From positions 1,780,831-1,844,830 of the forward strand of contig CM082578.2 in assembly GCA_040954595.2 (NCBI GenBank): a stretch of DNA of 64,000 nt. Direction: 5' to 3'. How positions within the stretch are numbered: the first letter of the stretch is position 1; every line of letters starts with the position of its first letter. Under the pieces are notes generated by a model. The model saw only the letters and a list, made by a program, of their open reading frames with translations. It was not told the origin of the DNA and did not search any database. Shown one piece after another: positions 1 to 12,038 of the stretch. The position numbers and the translations under genes are program-made. Origin of the DNA: Balanoglossus misakiensis (Eukaryota; Animalia; Hemichordata).

Positions 1-259
1 TTTTATTCCACATACGGTTTTGGTAACACGTACAAACGAGATTTTAAAAAAAGCCATTACATGAATACTTTGAATTTTACAGATCGCACATCATGCAAAC
101 AAGGTGCTTCTGTTGGATGTAATTGTAAAAAACTGTGTTGCTATTGACTTCTCTAGATTTCAATCTTTTTATGACGTGATGATTCAAAACTAAATAGTAC
201 ATGCAGTTTATGAATATATAGTGTTTAAGGTCAAATTGTGATCTTTTTTTAACTTTTAG

Positions 260-1026
260 AGTTGTGCAAACCTGGCTATTACTCAGATGATGGTAAAGCT
301 CCATGTACACAATGTGTGCAAGGATCTTATCAACCAGATTATGGTTCTACTGATTGTCATCTGTGCCCAAATGACACGTCAACACACGGGGTAGCAGTTG
401 TAGTAGAGAGTTGCAAAGGTAGATTGCAAAGATTATTTTACAATGCCAAGTTTTTATTGGGCCAAAAAAATAGTATATGCTGTTCTGATTACATGGTTTT
501 CAGAAATAGGGTAGGTAGGTAGGTAAGGATTTTTTTTTATTTTGCGATTTTTTTTAGCTCTCAATGTGCATTTCACATCAGAAAAAACTATAGTGTAGAA
601 GAATGACATCATAGTCCTGCGTGATGTGCGCGATTTCGTCATAGTTCTCGCATGATTTGCGCAATTTTCATAAATTTTGTATGTTTGACAACAATGTTTT
701 TTTTTACTTCTGGGTTTACGAAGCTCTAAAAAGTTTAGGGTCAGCAGGTTATAATTAGGGTAGGTCGGGTAATCGGAACAGCACATATTTTTTATTTTGG
801 CCTCATTTCATCTTTTCCAGGATACAACATCATATTAAAATTTCAATTTGTATTTAACTTCCAGAAAAATGCACAGTTGGCTCATATTCCAACACTGGTC
901 TTGAGCCATGTGTACTTTGTCCCCGTCACTATTACCAGAATGAGAGTGGTTCCAGAGAATGCAACCCATGTCCAACAGGACTGCGTACAACGCATGAAGG
1001 TGCCAATAGTTTGGATGACTGTATAG
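260..1026 (+). CDS. Two Ephrin_rec_like (GCC2/GCC3) Cys-rich exons
   Basis: 260-418 reads LCKPGYYSDDGKAPCTQCVQGSYQPDYGSTDCHLCP. 865-1026 reads KCTVGSYSNTGLEPCVLCPRHYYQNESGSRECNPCPTGLRTTHEGANSLDDC. Both are phase 1-1. Confidence 0.88.
460..802. mobile_element. MITE with GGCCAAAA termini (PIF/Harbinger-like); inverted partial copy at about 48233-48500
   Basis: Imperfect TIRs: ggccaaaaaaatagtatatgctgttctgattac and gtaatcggaacagcacatatttttttattttggcc. Confidence 0.6.
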
Positions 1027-1170
1027 GTAGGTACATTTGGCATAAAAATTGAAGGGTTTACTTATATATTGATTACATATTCTTTTCCTATTTCTTGAGT
1101 TTCTTGCAAAAAAAAAACATATTGACCAAATTTGATCATTATGGTTTTATGTTTACATCGTTTATTTCAG

Positions 1171-4100
1171 TTATTGATATATGCGAGTACATGTCGCCTT
1201 GTTTGAATGGTGGTACCTGTACCAACACTGCAGATGGTTATAGCTGTCAATGCTCAGCACATTATATTGGGTAAGCAGTCGAATATGTTCTCTTGTTATG
1301 TTAAAGTGTTTTATCATACATGCAACACCTGTATTTAACACTTTCTATTGTTCTCGCCCCGAAGATATTATACGGTATTTCACAATGTGAAAATATCGCG
1401 TCCGCGTCTCGGCGCGACAGTTCGCTGCGCGCGCGAGCGACGCACGAGCCATAGGACTCTAGTGGAGAGGGGTGTTGTAAAATTCGGTTATTAGAAGCTG
1501 TAATAAAGTTTTCAAAGCTGGCGGTTTTGTCATGTTTAGTTCTCCGAAATTCTCAATGCAAAATAATTGTTAACATGATATTTTGAAAGAGAACGTAGAC
1601 AATTTTATTTAGAATGCGGATGTGCCCATCGTAATGAAAGCTGCCAACCCCCTTAAAATGATACTACGGCCCACACATCATACGTCACAACATGGCTACT
1701 GCCGTGATCCCAGCGCCCGGTTCAAATTTGAAATTGTTTTTCTCGGCGCATTTTCGCAAATCGTACTGTTTTATAGGTAGGCATGTATGATAAAGGGGTT
1801 ATTACACGAATTTTGGTCGATAACGCGACGCATTCTCGTGATGTCCGTATTTTGACTCGTTGCGCAGCGAAACTCGTCAAAATACGGACAATCACTCGAA
1901 TACGACAGATATACCTAATATATATGCACCAGTATCGGCGCATTTTCGCAAATCGTACTGTTTTATAGGTAGGCATGTATGATAAAGGGGTTATTACACG
2001 AATTTTGGTCGATAACGCGACGCATTCTCGTGATGTCCGTATTTTGACTCGTTGCGCAGCGCAACTCGTCAAAATACGGACAATCACCCGAATACGACGC
2101 GTTATCGACCAAAATTCGTGTAATAAACCCTAATTATTTGCGCAAGTGTGCACATACATTGTACAGATATACCTAATATATATGCACCAGTATTTATTTA
2201 AGCAATAAAACACCCCCAGCCATGGTATACCACGAGATTTTGACCAGTTCACGACATATACGCACGAGCGATAGCGAGTGCGTATATGGAGTTGAACTGG
2301 TCAAAATCGAGTGGTATACCATGGCTGGGGGTGTTTTATTGCTATTATATTATGCCAGTATATTGAAACTTTGCATAAAACATTTTAAAAAGGCATTTTC
2401 TTTGACTATGATATATGACTGTGGTATATGGCTAATATATCACGGTCACATGTCGTGACTCGACCAATCAAATAGCTTGATTTACACCATCAATATACTG
2501 GTATAATATAATTCCTTATAACAAACCTGAAAGATCCATAAAGGTTTGTAATGTTCAGCTTATGAGGAGTATGCTCAAAATCAGAGGAATTGAAAACATA
2601 TATCCCAAATTGAACAGACATATAGTCATTTGCCAGTGGCATCACAGAGATGCATCTGATCATAACTTAGTGAAATTAGATGCCATTGTCTCATAATTAT
2701 ACATTTGTATTACTACCTTCATGACTACATGTTTACGAAAACACATGGAAAGGTGTAGTACCTTTGTTCTAAGGACCACTTTCATTAAGTCATTACTGGT
2801 AATTGTACATACAAATCTCCTAAAGAACATTATCCATGGTAACATCTATGTGTTGATTAAGAATCAATTTAAGTGAAGTTAAAACACATTGGGCTGTTCT
2901 AAAACTTCAGATTTCTTCCATTATGCAGGAGTAAGACTTGCAAGTTGCAGTGTTGTATAAAAACAATTAATCTGTAGTTCTGAAATAGTGAAGGCAGGTA
3001 TTTTGGAATTGTTTTACTTTGTGCATATTTTATGGAAACTCTTTGTTTTCTTATAGAAATCAATGTGAAATCCCTGCACTGTGCAGCAGTGAGCCATGTC
3101 AGAATGGTGGCTTGTGTGAAGAATTCAACACAACAGACATACAGTATGCAACCTACAGCTGTCTGTGTCTAGATGGATACTCAGGTGATCTTTGCCAGAT
3201 TGATGTGGATGAGTGTGCTTCTGATCCGTGCCAAAATGGAGCCACCTGTATTGACCTCATTGCTGATTATAACTGTACATGTGCACCTGGATATGAAGGG
3301 GGAGACTGCTCATTGGATGTCAATGAATGTGCAGATGACCCTTGTGACTTGGTTGGAACCATGCAATGTCAGAATTTGATCAACGACTTTGCTTGCCAGT
3401 GTAAAGCCGGATATACAGGAGAGCTGTGTGAAGAAAATATAGGTAATTCTTCGCAAACTTTTGTTTGAATCAAGTGTTGATCTAGGAAATTCTTGAAAGT
3501 CCCAGACTTTGGAAAATGGGAATGTTAAATACGCTGGAATAGAAAATCTTTTAGTCTTCTCCAAAATGTCATGTACGTAATTTTATCTGACAAATAGAAC
3601 TTAGTACAGTACAGTATAAACAACTGGTATTATATCCACCTTATTCTTAAATCTTTCTTCATAATCTCATAAAATCTAAAATTTTAATTTTTATCACAGA
3701 TGACTGTCAACCAAATCCTTGTCACAATGGTGCAACGTGTCTAGATCGTGTGAACTCCTGGAGATGTGAATGTGTGGAAGGATTCCGAGGATCGATGTGT
3801 CAACATAACATAGATGATTGCCAGGACGTTCTCTGCCAAAATGGTGGAACGTGCCAAGATGAGGTCAATGGATTCACATGTGCATGTGTTTATGGCTGGA
3901 CTGGTGAGTCTGTTGAATGTTTGTTGTCGTACGAAAGTACATGTTTCAATTTAAAGGGACATTACCTATAACTTTTGGCTTTATTTCCAGTATTTTTGTT
4001 CTGTGTACCAAATGTTATGTAATTTTGTACACTGAACAAAACAGCATGCTATATATGCCCAGTACTCTACTTGTCACCATAGTATGTATGTGCATAACAG

Positions 4101-6342
4101 TCACTGTTTATTGTTGACAAATGAATGCTGGTCGGGACTTAAATTCAAATTTTGCATAGTAATAATGGTGACTTATATACACATATATGTTTTGGTGATA
4201 AACTAGATGCTAGGCATTTCCTTATGTGTTAAGTATTCAAACAAAAACCTGCAGTAAATACACAAAACAAAAATATTGAAAACATACCAAAAAGTTACAG
4301 CTAATGGAGCTTTAAAATTAATAGAAAGTGATGTGCAATTTGTATTGGCAGAACATTTATATACTGTAAAACGGGTTATTTTCGCGAGCAATACATTTTT
4401 CGCAAAATATGCAAGAGCTGAAAAAACGTGAAAATAAAAAGTTGCGTAATTGTTTTTTTTCGGAGATAACGATGAAGTGAAATACTAGACCATGAAAAGT
4501 AATCCTCACAGTTGCTTCTTTTGATATCGCGAAAATTTCCTGTCATGAAAATAACCCATTTTACAGTATTTAGATTCATATATTTTAAATCCCTGCATGA
4601 TAATTACTTGATCACAATTCTCTTACACGGTAAGGTTTTTCAATAGTAATGTCATCTGGCATTTTATGTCCTGAATGTAACATACCGCTAAAACAAAATT
4701 TAATTTCTTGCGTTATTATTTTTGTAGGCTACCTTTGTCAAAACCAGACAGAACCGTGCATGCCAAACCCATGTCATAATGAAGGCGTGTGTGAAGTCCT
4801 TGTTGAAACTGAAGCATACATGTGTCATTGTTTGCCAGGATATACTGGGCAAAACTGTCAGGTTGGTCTTTTAACTTAACATATTCACATGTTGTGATTA
4901 AGCAATTACTCCAATTATTATGGAAAAGTGAATTTTCCTTTGCAGACCAGACCCAGAGATGCTTAACTGCAACTTCTAAATTGCAACAAACCCAGTAGTT
5001 TTCTCGTACATTTAAGAGCTGTGGGGTACTATCCATTACCATGACAACACTGTGATACAAAATACTAGTAAACTTTAAAATGGTCATAACCTTGTTAGTT
5101 TTGTGGATAGTGTTTGAATGAAATTAAGTGTTATCTGCTGTGGAAAAAATTCTAAAACCTGATCAGTAGTAAACATAAAGATATCTGCCCATTAAAATTT
5201 TATAAATTTATACTATAACATGTCTAATAAATTCATGTATTTTCAGGATGAAATCAACGAATGCGAGTCCAATCCTTGTGTCAATGGTGGTACTTGTAAT
5301 GATTTAGTGAATGCATATGAATGCAGTTGTGTTGACGGTTTTACCGGTCTTCGCTGCGAGCAAAACATCAATGAATGTGCTCCTGATCCATGTCAGAATA
5401 GTGGCAACTGCACTGACCTCATCAATGATTACATTTGCGAGTGAGTATACATTTTTTTTAAAATCGGTACATATTGATTTCATTCATTAGTTTTGAAAAC
5501 TTGTTTTGCCAGATGTGTAGTTGGGTATGGTGGTAAGAACTGTGATGAGGATATTGATGACTGCATTGGTGACCCGTGCCAGAATGAAGCCGAATGTATT
5601 GATGGACTGAACACGTACACTTGTAATTGTCAACCAGGTAACTAACAGATTTGGAAGATTAAATTTGAAGATTACTGATGTACCATACAAACAGACCCTT
5701 CCGGGAATTGTATTTTTTGTCCAATACCGAAGTCATAAACCCCCAAAAGTGTGCATTTTCTTAAAAACAAGATATAGTGGAACCTGATCGGATAGCACAC
5801 TACAATCATTTATGCTGTGTAATGCTCAAAAATTGGCAGCTGTAGAGGTATAAATTTAGAATGGATCCAGGAAGTGTTGTGTCAACCAAAGGCTGTATGT
5901 CGTATGTTGTATGTCTATCATAAGAACCAGGAGAGGGCTGAGAATATTAATTTTGTGGTGGATGCTTTTATATCATAATCATTCTATTTAGATTGCATCA
6001 CGAATCAAGCCCAGAAATGTTTGCTGCTGTTTCCCTTTTTCATAAATTTGTTTGGCATAATCCTTTGTTTCTTCACATTAACAGGGTTTGAAGGAGACTT
6101 CTGTGAACATAATATCAATGAATGTGACGAGTACCCCTGTGAGAATAATTCAACATGTTACGACACTTTAGGCAGTTATTATTGTTTGTGTGCTAATGGA
6201 TTTGAAGGCAGCCACTGTGGGACCAACATTGATGATTGCCATGGTAACATGACATGTCAAAATGGTGCCACTTGTCACGATGGAATAATGGAATTCACAT
6301 GTGAATGCCCTCCGAGGTTCGAAGGGACACTTTGTGATAGAG
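1171..6342 (+). CDS. Tandem EGF / calcium-binding EGF repeats (7 exons)
   Basis: Repeated DxDEC-x-SxPCxNGxTC...YxCxCxxGYxGxxC units, e.g. [36 protein letters not shown]. Splice phases are compatible across exons. Confidence 0.92.
1744..2193. repeat. Tandem duplication (offset 192 bp) within a long-hairpin repeat element
   Basis: 1744-1935 repeats 1936-2193 with an internal deletion. 1988-2130 forms a palindrome. Confidence 0.8.
2201..2343. mobile_element. Long palindromic (hairpin) non-autonomous element, Crypton-like
   Basis: agcaataaaacacccccagccatggtataccac pairs with gtggtataccatggctgggggtgttttattgct around a GC-rich mini-hairpin core. The family assignment is by resemblance only. Confidence 0.5.
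4364..4566. mobile_element. MITE of about 200 bp with CTGTAAAACGGG termini and TA TSD (Tc1/mariner-pogo type); representative of 11 or more copies
   Basis: ta|ctgtaaaacgggttattttc...gaaaataacccattttacag|ta. Other copies: 6398-6588, 10577-10735 (truncated), 18049-18240, 26960-27151, 32437-32601, 32647-32842, 35601-35808, 43805-44012, 52315-52504, 56848-57055. Partial copies lie near 37153, 40471 and 44604. Confidence 0.8.
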
Positions 6343-7268
6343 GTAACTGTGTGCTGACCATTTGTGATCCTATTCTTGGTTTCTTTAGTAATGTTTACTG
6401 TAAAATGGGAAATTTTTGCCGCAAACTACGCGAGAGCCAAAATAACATGCAAATAAAACGTCGCGTAAAAAAAATTTCGGAGATAACAATGCAGTGAAAT
6501 ACACGAACACGAAACTTAATCGTTGTGTAACAGTTGCCCCTTTTGATATCGCGAAAATTCCCTGTCGCGAAAATTTCCCATTTTCCAGTATTTATTTCCA
6601 TGCTGTACCATGCATATTACTTTTTACAGCCTGAATTTCATTTACCTGTATTCTTCTTTCTCAGAAATCTGTCGATCAATTTACCAATCATTGAATGTAT
6701 TATATAAATAAGCAAGCAGGCTTGCTGCACAATCAGATGTATAGAGGCTTGGATCTTTCATTACATTTGCTGGTTCTTTGCTGTTCTGTTCTCGGATGTG
6801 CGCCTCACTACATGTACATCTGAATCTACTCCATTGAAAATGTTGAATGTGTTTTTTCAAAAGTAACCAATCTAAAAGCAGCTAACTTAACGCTTTTTGC
6901 TATGTGTTCTGACAGGTGCATTATGTCTTCTGTAACGAGTGCTTAGATTGGCTTGAGAAAGCACATGATTTTCTATGTGCATATGAGGTGAATATTTGAG
7001 AATAGGAAAGCAAAGAACTAGCGAATGTAAATATCAATCAAACACTACACCAGTTAGCCAGCAAGCCATCCAGGAAACAAACTCATATGTTAGTATTTTC
7101 ATTTTAGCTTGAAGTACAGTTTTATAGAACTGATAATATTCTATAGATGAAAGTACATAGTACAGTAACATACCATTCCAGTACAAACAAGTAATAATAA
7201 GCTGCACATGTTTTGGTTGTAAAGCTTAGTCTAATGTTCTGTTATGTTTGCTTTTATATTTCTAACAG

Positions 7269-8801
7269 AAAAGTCATCCAATTATGATCTCTTCTTCAAT
7301 GGAGCTGACTCAATGGTTGTCTCACCAACATTTAATTGCAGTCAAGACTTCAGTGTATCACTGTGGGTCAGATATAGCACCACTGATAAATCAACACCAG
7401 GTGTCTATCTTACCATAGCATTGCAAGGATCAAGGTACTCTTTATGTTATTCTTTCTAGTCTGCAACCAATCTGATTAAAATCAGAAGCCCCCGTTCAAC
7501 CTCCCGTTGTGGCCAGGCCAATCAGTACAGTTGAAAGTTCCTGCACTAAAAAAATAAATATTACAATGAAATGAAATATAATGTCTCGGGAGTTCATTTA
7601 CTTCCATGTGTTCTAGTGGATGAGATAATGCTTTGTTTAGGAATTTCAAAGTGGGAAATGCAACGTTTTCTCATTGTATTTTGCATTTTCTCACAGTGGT
7701 GACCATATTCCTTTGCGGCGAAGATTTATTATTTGTCTGGTTTAAACTTGCATATGCACTTATACTTAGGGTTCATAATACTTGTGCATAGTTCAGTGCA
7801 TACTTCTGTATGGGCTAAAGGTGGTGCAGTTTGAAAAAAGTGTGATAATTTCCCAAAAGTAACAGCTGATGCACCGATTTATGTCTAATCTCTGTTTTGA
7901 ATTTCTTGGCAGCTTAACCCAAGTTGATAGTACCCTTCCTTGTCCTGGACAGAAGTCTATCTGTCAGTACAAATGGTGTAACCGTATCAGTTGATGACAA
8001 CTCGTGGCATAATGTTGTCATGGTAATTGAAGAAGGCATTGTGGCAGTTTACTTGAATGGTGTTGCAGTAACATCACCCCTTCCATCCTGGACAGGTATC
8101 GCTGACTCAGAAAAGTAAGTTGCTCGTGGAACTCCGAACATTTTTAACTCCTACAAAGCCATAGAAAATTGTCATCATCACATGTTAAAATTCTATATTT
8201 TCCTATACTGTCAAGTTTTCCCAAGCCTCAAGAGAAGTGAACCATTTATTTGTGAAGCAGTTATCTTGTTTATAACTTATCTGCTAGGTAGCTTGTCTTA
8301 CTCCTACATGACAATACAATATCATCATAACATGTTGCGACTTACAACAAAACTGGCCAAAAAAATCAAGGGAGCAAACTATGGACATCAGCAAAGCTAT
8401 CTTCGTGGCACTTTCAAATTCAAACTTATGCGGAACGATACTGATTTTCACAGTTTATTTTTGACAACTTCTTACCAGCACTTTTAATGAATTCATTATT
8501 CTCTTGTTTTTCAACAGCTGTATGGTAATTCTTGGTCAAAGCTATGACGAAAATGGACTCCTTGACAACTATTTTAGCTTCCATGGTGATGTTACACAGA
8601 TGAATGTATACGATTATGTATTGACTCCTGTTGAAATCCAGAGTCTGGCTTTGAACTGTTCACAAAGTCCACTTGGCAATCATGTCATGTGGGTTGAAAT
8701 GGATCAAGAGTTATTGGGTAGTGTGGTCAAAATCCAGCCATCAGCTTGTGGAAGTACCAGGTGCCCAATTGGTTACTCTGGTTCACCATGCACACCTGTT
8801 G
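7269..8801 (+). CDS. LamG/pentraxin-like domain exons (7269-7434, 7913-8114, 8518-8801)
   Basis: Motifs DFSVSLWVRY, DDNSWHNVVM...VYLNG and ILGQ...FHGDVTQMNVYDYVLTPVEIQSL are typical of the pentraxin/LamG fold. The middle exon is frameshifted near its 5' end. Confidence 0.82.
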
Positions 8802-9139
8802 GTAAATAGCCTTATTCATTACTATCAAACAATGTTATGCATAATCTGACGAGGAGAAATTGGGTCATATTCACAGAAATGATTAATCCTAAATCCTTAC
8901 TTTAACACAGCTCTCCTTGTAATGTTGTGTCTGTCCAGGGAAAACTGTGTGAAATTTTGAGTAGTTTTTCCTGTGTACATTCACCAGCCCCTAGCTGCTG
9001 TGTGTTGTACTCCAATCACACAGCCTGCAATCTCCCTACTTTAGGAAGTATAGGGAATCATCATCTGCCCATGCCTGTATCGCTCACTCTTTTTGTTTCT
9101 ACCGTACATGTATTTAACACTGAATGTAATGATACTATT

Positions 9140-9240
9140 CACAACCACCACCACCACCATCATCATCATAATCATCATCACCACCACCACCACCACCATC
9201 ATCATCATCATCGTCATCATCATCACCATCATCATCATCA
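9140..9240. repeat. (CAC/CAT)n intronic microsatellite
   Basis: Seen directly; duplicated at about 50871-50977 with a different repeat count. Confidence 0.95.
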
Positions 9241-9539
9241 GTTTCTGCTGTTCCAAGAACTAGGCTTATCATGAGTGTAATTGATCATATCATTTATTAT
9301 GCCTATGGATACCATCTCATGACTCCTGTCCTATCTTGTAGTGTTTCTTGACAGTGATCTAGTCTATTCACATGTATCAGAAAACAAGCACTTAACAATA
9401 TCTGGATTTCTCATGAATATGTGACAGATATTAACATCTAGTAGTGCATTTACCTAAATGTACCAGTTTATGCATAGGGGGTGTGGACCAGTTGTTTAAT
9501 TTACAAACATTTGTTATTCTTTCACTTTTTTTTCTTCAG

Positions 9540-10479
9540 ATAAACACGCTCCTGAAGTCATTTACTGTCCCAATACGACCCGTATAATTAGTCCTAATAG
9601 CTTGACAACAGGAGTATGGCAGGAGCCTATATTTACAGATGATGTCGCCATTGCCAATGTGACACAAACCTACACAATGGGTAAGTTTCCTATAAAATAT
9701 CATTTCTGATTATAGATAATATATAACATTCACACTAACTAAGTTTTTTTTATCGGGGTGGGGTGGGGAGTTGATCTAAACAGAAACCAACAAGCTGAGA
9801 CAACTTTCCTAAGATTATGGTCAGTATGAAGCATACTGGTACAGTTTATTCTTGTGGCCGTTACTCATATATGGCTAGCACATCCTATGTGCGACAGATG
9901 ATCTTGCTTCCAAGTATTAAAGCCTCAATTGCTGATACTATTACCATATGTTTATAGGCCCTTTCCTCGATCCCAGGGCAGTACAATGAAGTTAAAACTC
10001 GAAAGCATTTGTGTTTGCACGTAATTGTTTATTGGAAACAAAAGATTTGACCAACTGTTGAGCAAGGCCTTTAATCAGTAAAGTACTTAATATTCTCCAC
10101 TACTACTGGGGATACCCATACCACAAATGTTGTGTTCTCTTACAATGGGCAGTTGAATAAACGTGTGCGGCACCATATCTGTTTAGTATACATATCTTGT
10201 TCATGTTTATATGTACAGTCACAATCAGGAGTTGATAATATGCCTGTGTATACCCACCAGATAGCTCACTTAAATGGACCATTCTAAGTTTGAAAAGAAA
10301 ATCATGAAAAACATTCAAGAAACGGAAGCTATTTTGGCTTTAGCACCCATGCCTGTAATGATGTGCATAATTTTGTTCTTACAGGTGACACCTTTTCCTG
10401 GGGAACCTACCAGATCGCTATGTTGCTTCAGATACAGCTGGCAACAATGCACAGTGCAACTTTTTACTCTATGTACTGC
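9540..10479 (+). CDS. HYR domain exons, copy 1 (1-nt deletion near 10417)
   Basis: DKHAPEVIYCPN...WQEPIFTDD...GDTFSWGTYQI, then a frameshift. Copy 2 continues SYVASDTAGNNAQCNF. Confidence 0.82.
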
Positions 10480-11316
10480 GTGAGTGAATTTTTTTATCAT
10501 TCATACATAAACTTTACAAATTAATTAATATCTTGACAAATTGTCATCTCTACCCCTTGTTATGTCTTGTCACATACTGTAAAACGGGACATTTTCGTGA
10601 CAGAAAATATTTTGCAATATATCAAAAGAGGCAACTGTGACACGAGAATTAAATTTCCGCATTCTAGTATTTTACTAACTACTCTGGTATCTCTGAAAAA
10701 CATTTTATGCGACTTTATTTTCTTCTTCTTTTTTGCATCATTATCACTTTTGTCCCTATGTAACTATCAAAAATTATAACAACATCATTCAGAACATACA
10801 AGGACACTCAAACCCGTCTAAAACAAACCCTGTCTAATCGGGAAACCTCTCTTCAACCAACAGCTTTTCCTAGTCCCTTTTACATAGAAACATGTTAATG
10901 TGTTGGTGTTCTGTTTACAAGATTTGACTGTGTAATAAATATGGGTGTCACACATACACCATTAAGACAGTTCTGAAGCATCTCAGAATTGATACTGTCT
11001 TAAAAAAACATGTGTGGACGGTGTAAGTGGTCCTGAAACGTCTCAGATTTGAGACGGCTCTGCCAGCCAGACCTGAGCCGGTGTAAGGATTAACACCTCT
11101 CCGCAACCCATTGTCTATGGGGCCGAGCCTCAGCGCCTATACATAAACTTTGATTGGATGACATTTTGCATTCCTTAGTTGACACACACAAAATGTTATC
11201 CAATGACGTGAAGTGTATTACACGGCAGAGACTACAATGTGCCAGAAGACAGTTCCAGAGTCATTTATTCAATGTTTTTTAACGAATTTGGCTAATTTGT
11301 GGCCGTGTGAAAAATA

Positions 11317-11462
11317 TAATCTCACACACCAAAGACCTGGGATCATATTTCTCACGCTCATCAGGGATATTTTGTCCCACACTCGCCTGCGGCTTGTGTG
11401 GGACACTAAATCCCCAACTCATGTGTGAAATATGATCCCAGGTCCTTGGGGAATGGGAGATT
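11317..11462. mobile_element. Palindromic Crypton-like element (copies at 16380-16529 and 53071-53217)
   Basis: aatctcacacacc..gacctgggatcatatttc...gaaatatgatcccaggtc...gagatt, with central ctcgcctgcggct. Confidence 0.5.
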
Positions 11463-11536
11463 CTAGTAATCCCACACTCTGGCAGATTTGAAAGCATTAT
11501 ATGTGCAATACATGGACAGAAACTTCAATGTGCCAG

Positions 11537-11747
11537 CAATCTAATTAGTATCAGATGTAGAGTTAGGCGCTTTTGATAGGTTTGGCTATTCTGTTCTCTT
11601 AGCTTTGGCTGTTCTGTTCTCTGTCTTGGCTGTTCTGTTCTCTGTCTTGGCTGTTCTCGGGTGCACGCATCTCTTTCATACAGAACAGCCAAGAATCAGC
11701 GAAAGTAAAGAAGGCGCCTAATTCTACATCTGATTTTAATCAGATTG
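11537..11747. mobile_element. MITE with 9-bp TSD (Mutator/MULE-like); copy at 53291-53501
   Basis: TIRs are caatctaattagtatcagatgtagagttaggcgc and gcgcctaattctacatctgattttaatcagattg. Flanks are ATGTGCCAG and ATGTGCCAA. Confidence 0.65.
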
Positions 11748-12038
11748 ATGTGCCAAGTGACAGTTACACGAGAAGTAGAATCTCAAACACCGAGGAACCT
11801 GAAATAAGATTTCTGACACTCAAACTAAAATATTGCATCTCACACTCACCTTTGCCCATGAGAAGAAATCTAACACCATATCCTTTGGGATGTATTAGAT
11901 TCGGTTAATCTCCTACATGGGACGCAAGACCTGTAATTCATTTTCCATAGCCAACAATGGGAGCTTTGAGCTAAATATTCCTATTTTATAACATTCAGCG
12001 AGCCAAATTCCATTGCATGGTTTTATCTTTGATGTTAT

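Larger units (their letters stand above)
260..10479 (+). pseudogene. uif: Uninflatable-like gene, middle portion (2 Ephrin_rec_like, EGF array, LamG/pentraxin, HYR); frameshifted and displaced upstream of the N-terminal exons
   Basis: GT-AG exons: 260-418, 865-1026, 1171-1270, 3057-3442, 3700-3903, 4728-4861, 5247-5440, 5513-5637, 6085-6342, 7269-7434, 7913-8114, 8518-8801, 9540-9680, 10385-10479. Exon 7913-8114 is 202 nt between phase-2 introns, so it is frameshifted. Exon 10385-10479 lacks 1 nt compared with its duplicate 52122-52217. Confidence 0.7.

Noticed and set aside
1171-6342. Notch, Crumbs or fibropellin identity for the EGF array
   Set aside because: The flanking Ephrin_rec_like, LamG and HYR exons, plus the CLECT-LDLa-CUB N-terminus, fit Uif. 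No LNR or ankyrin repeats are seen.
8927-9274. Poly-His and poly-Met ORFs (also 50742-51011)
   Set aside because: They are translations of an intronic (CAC/CAT)n microsatellite with no exon boundaries.
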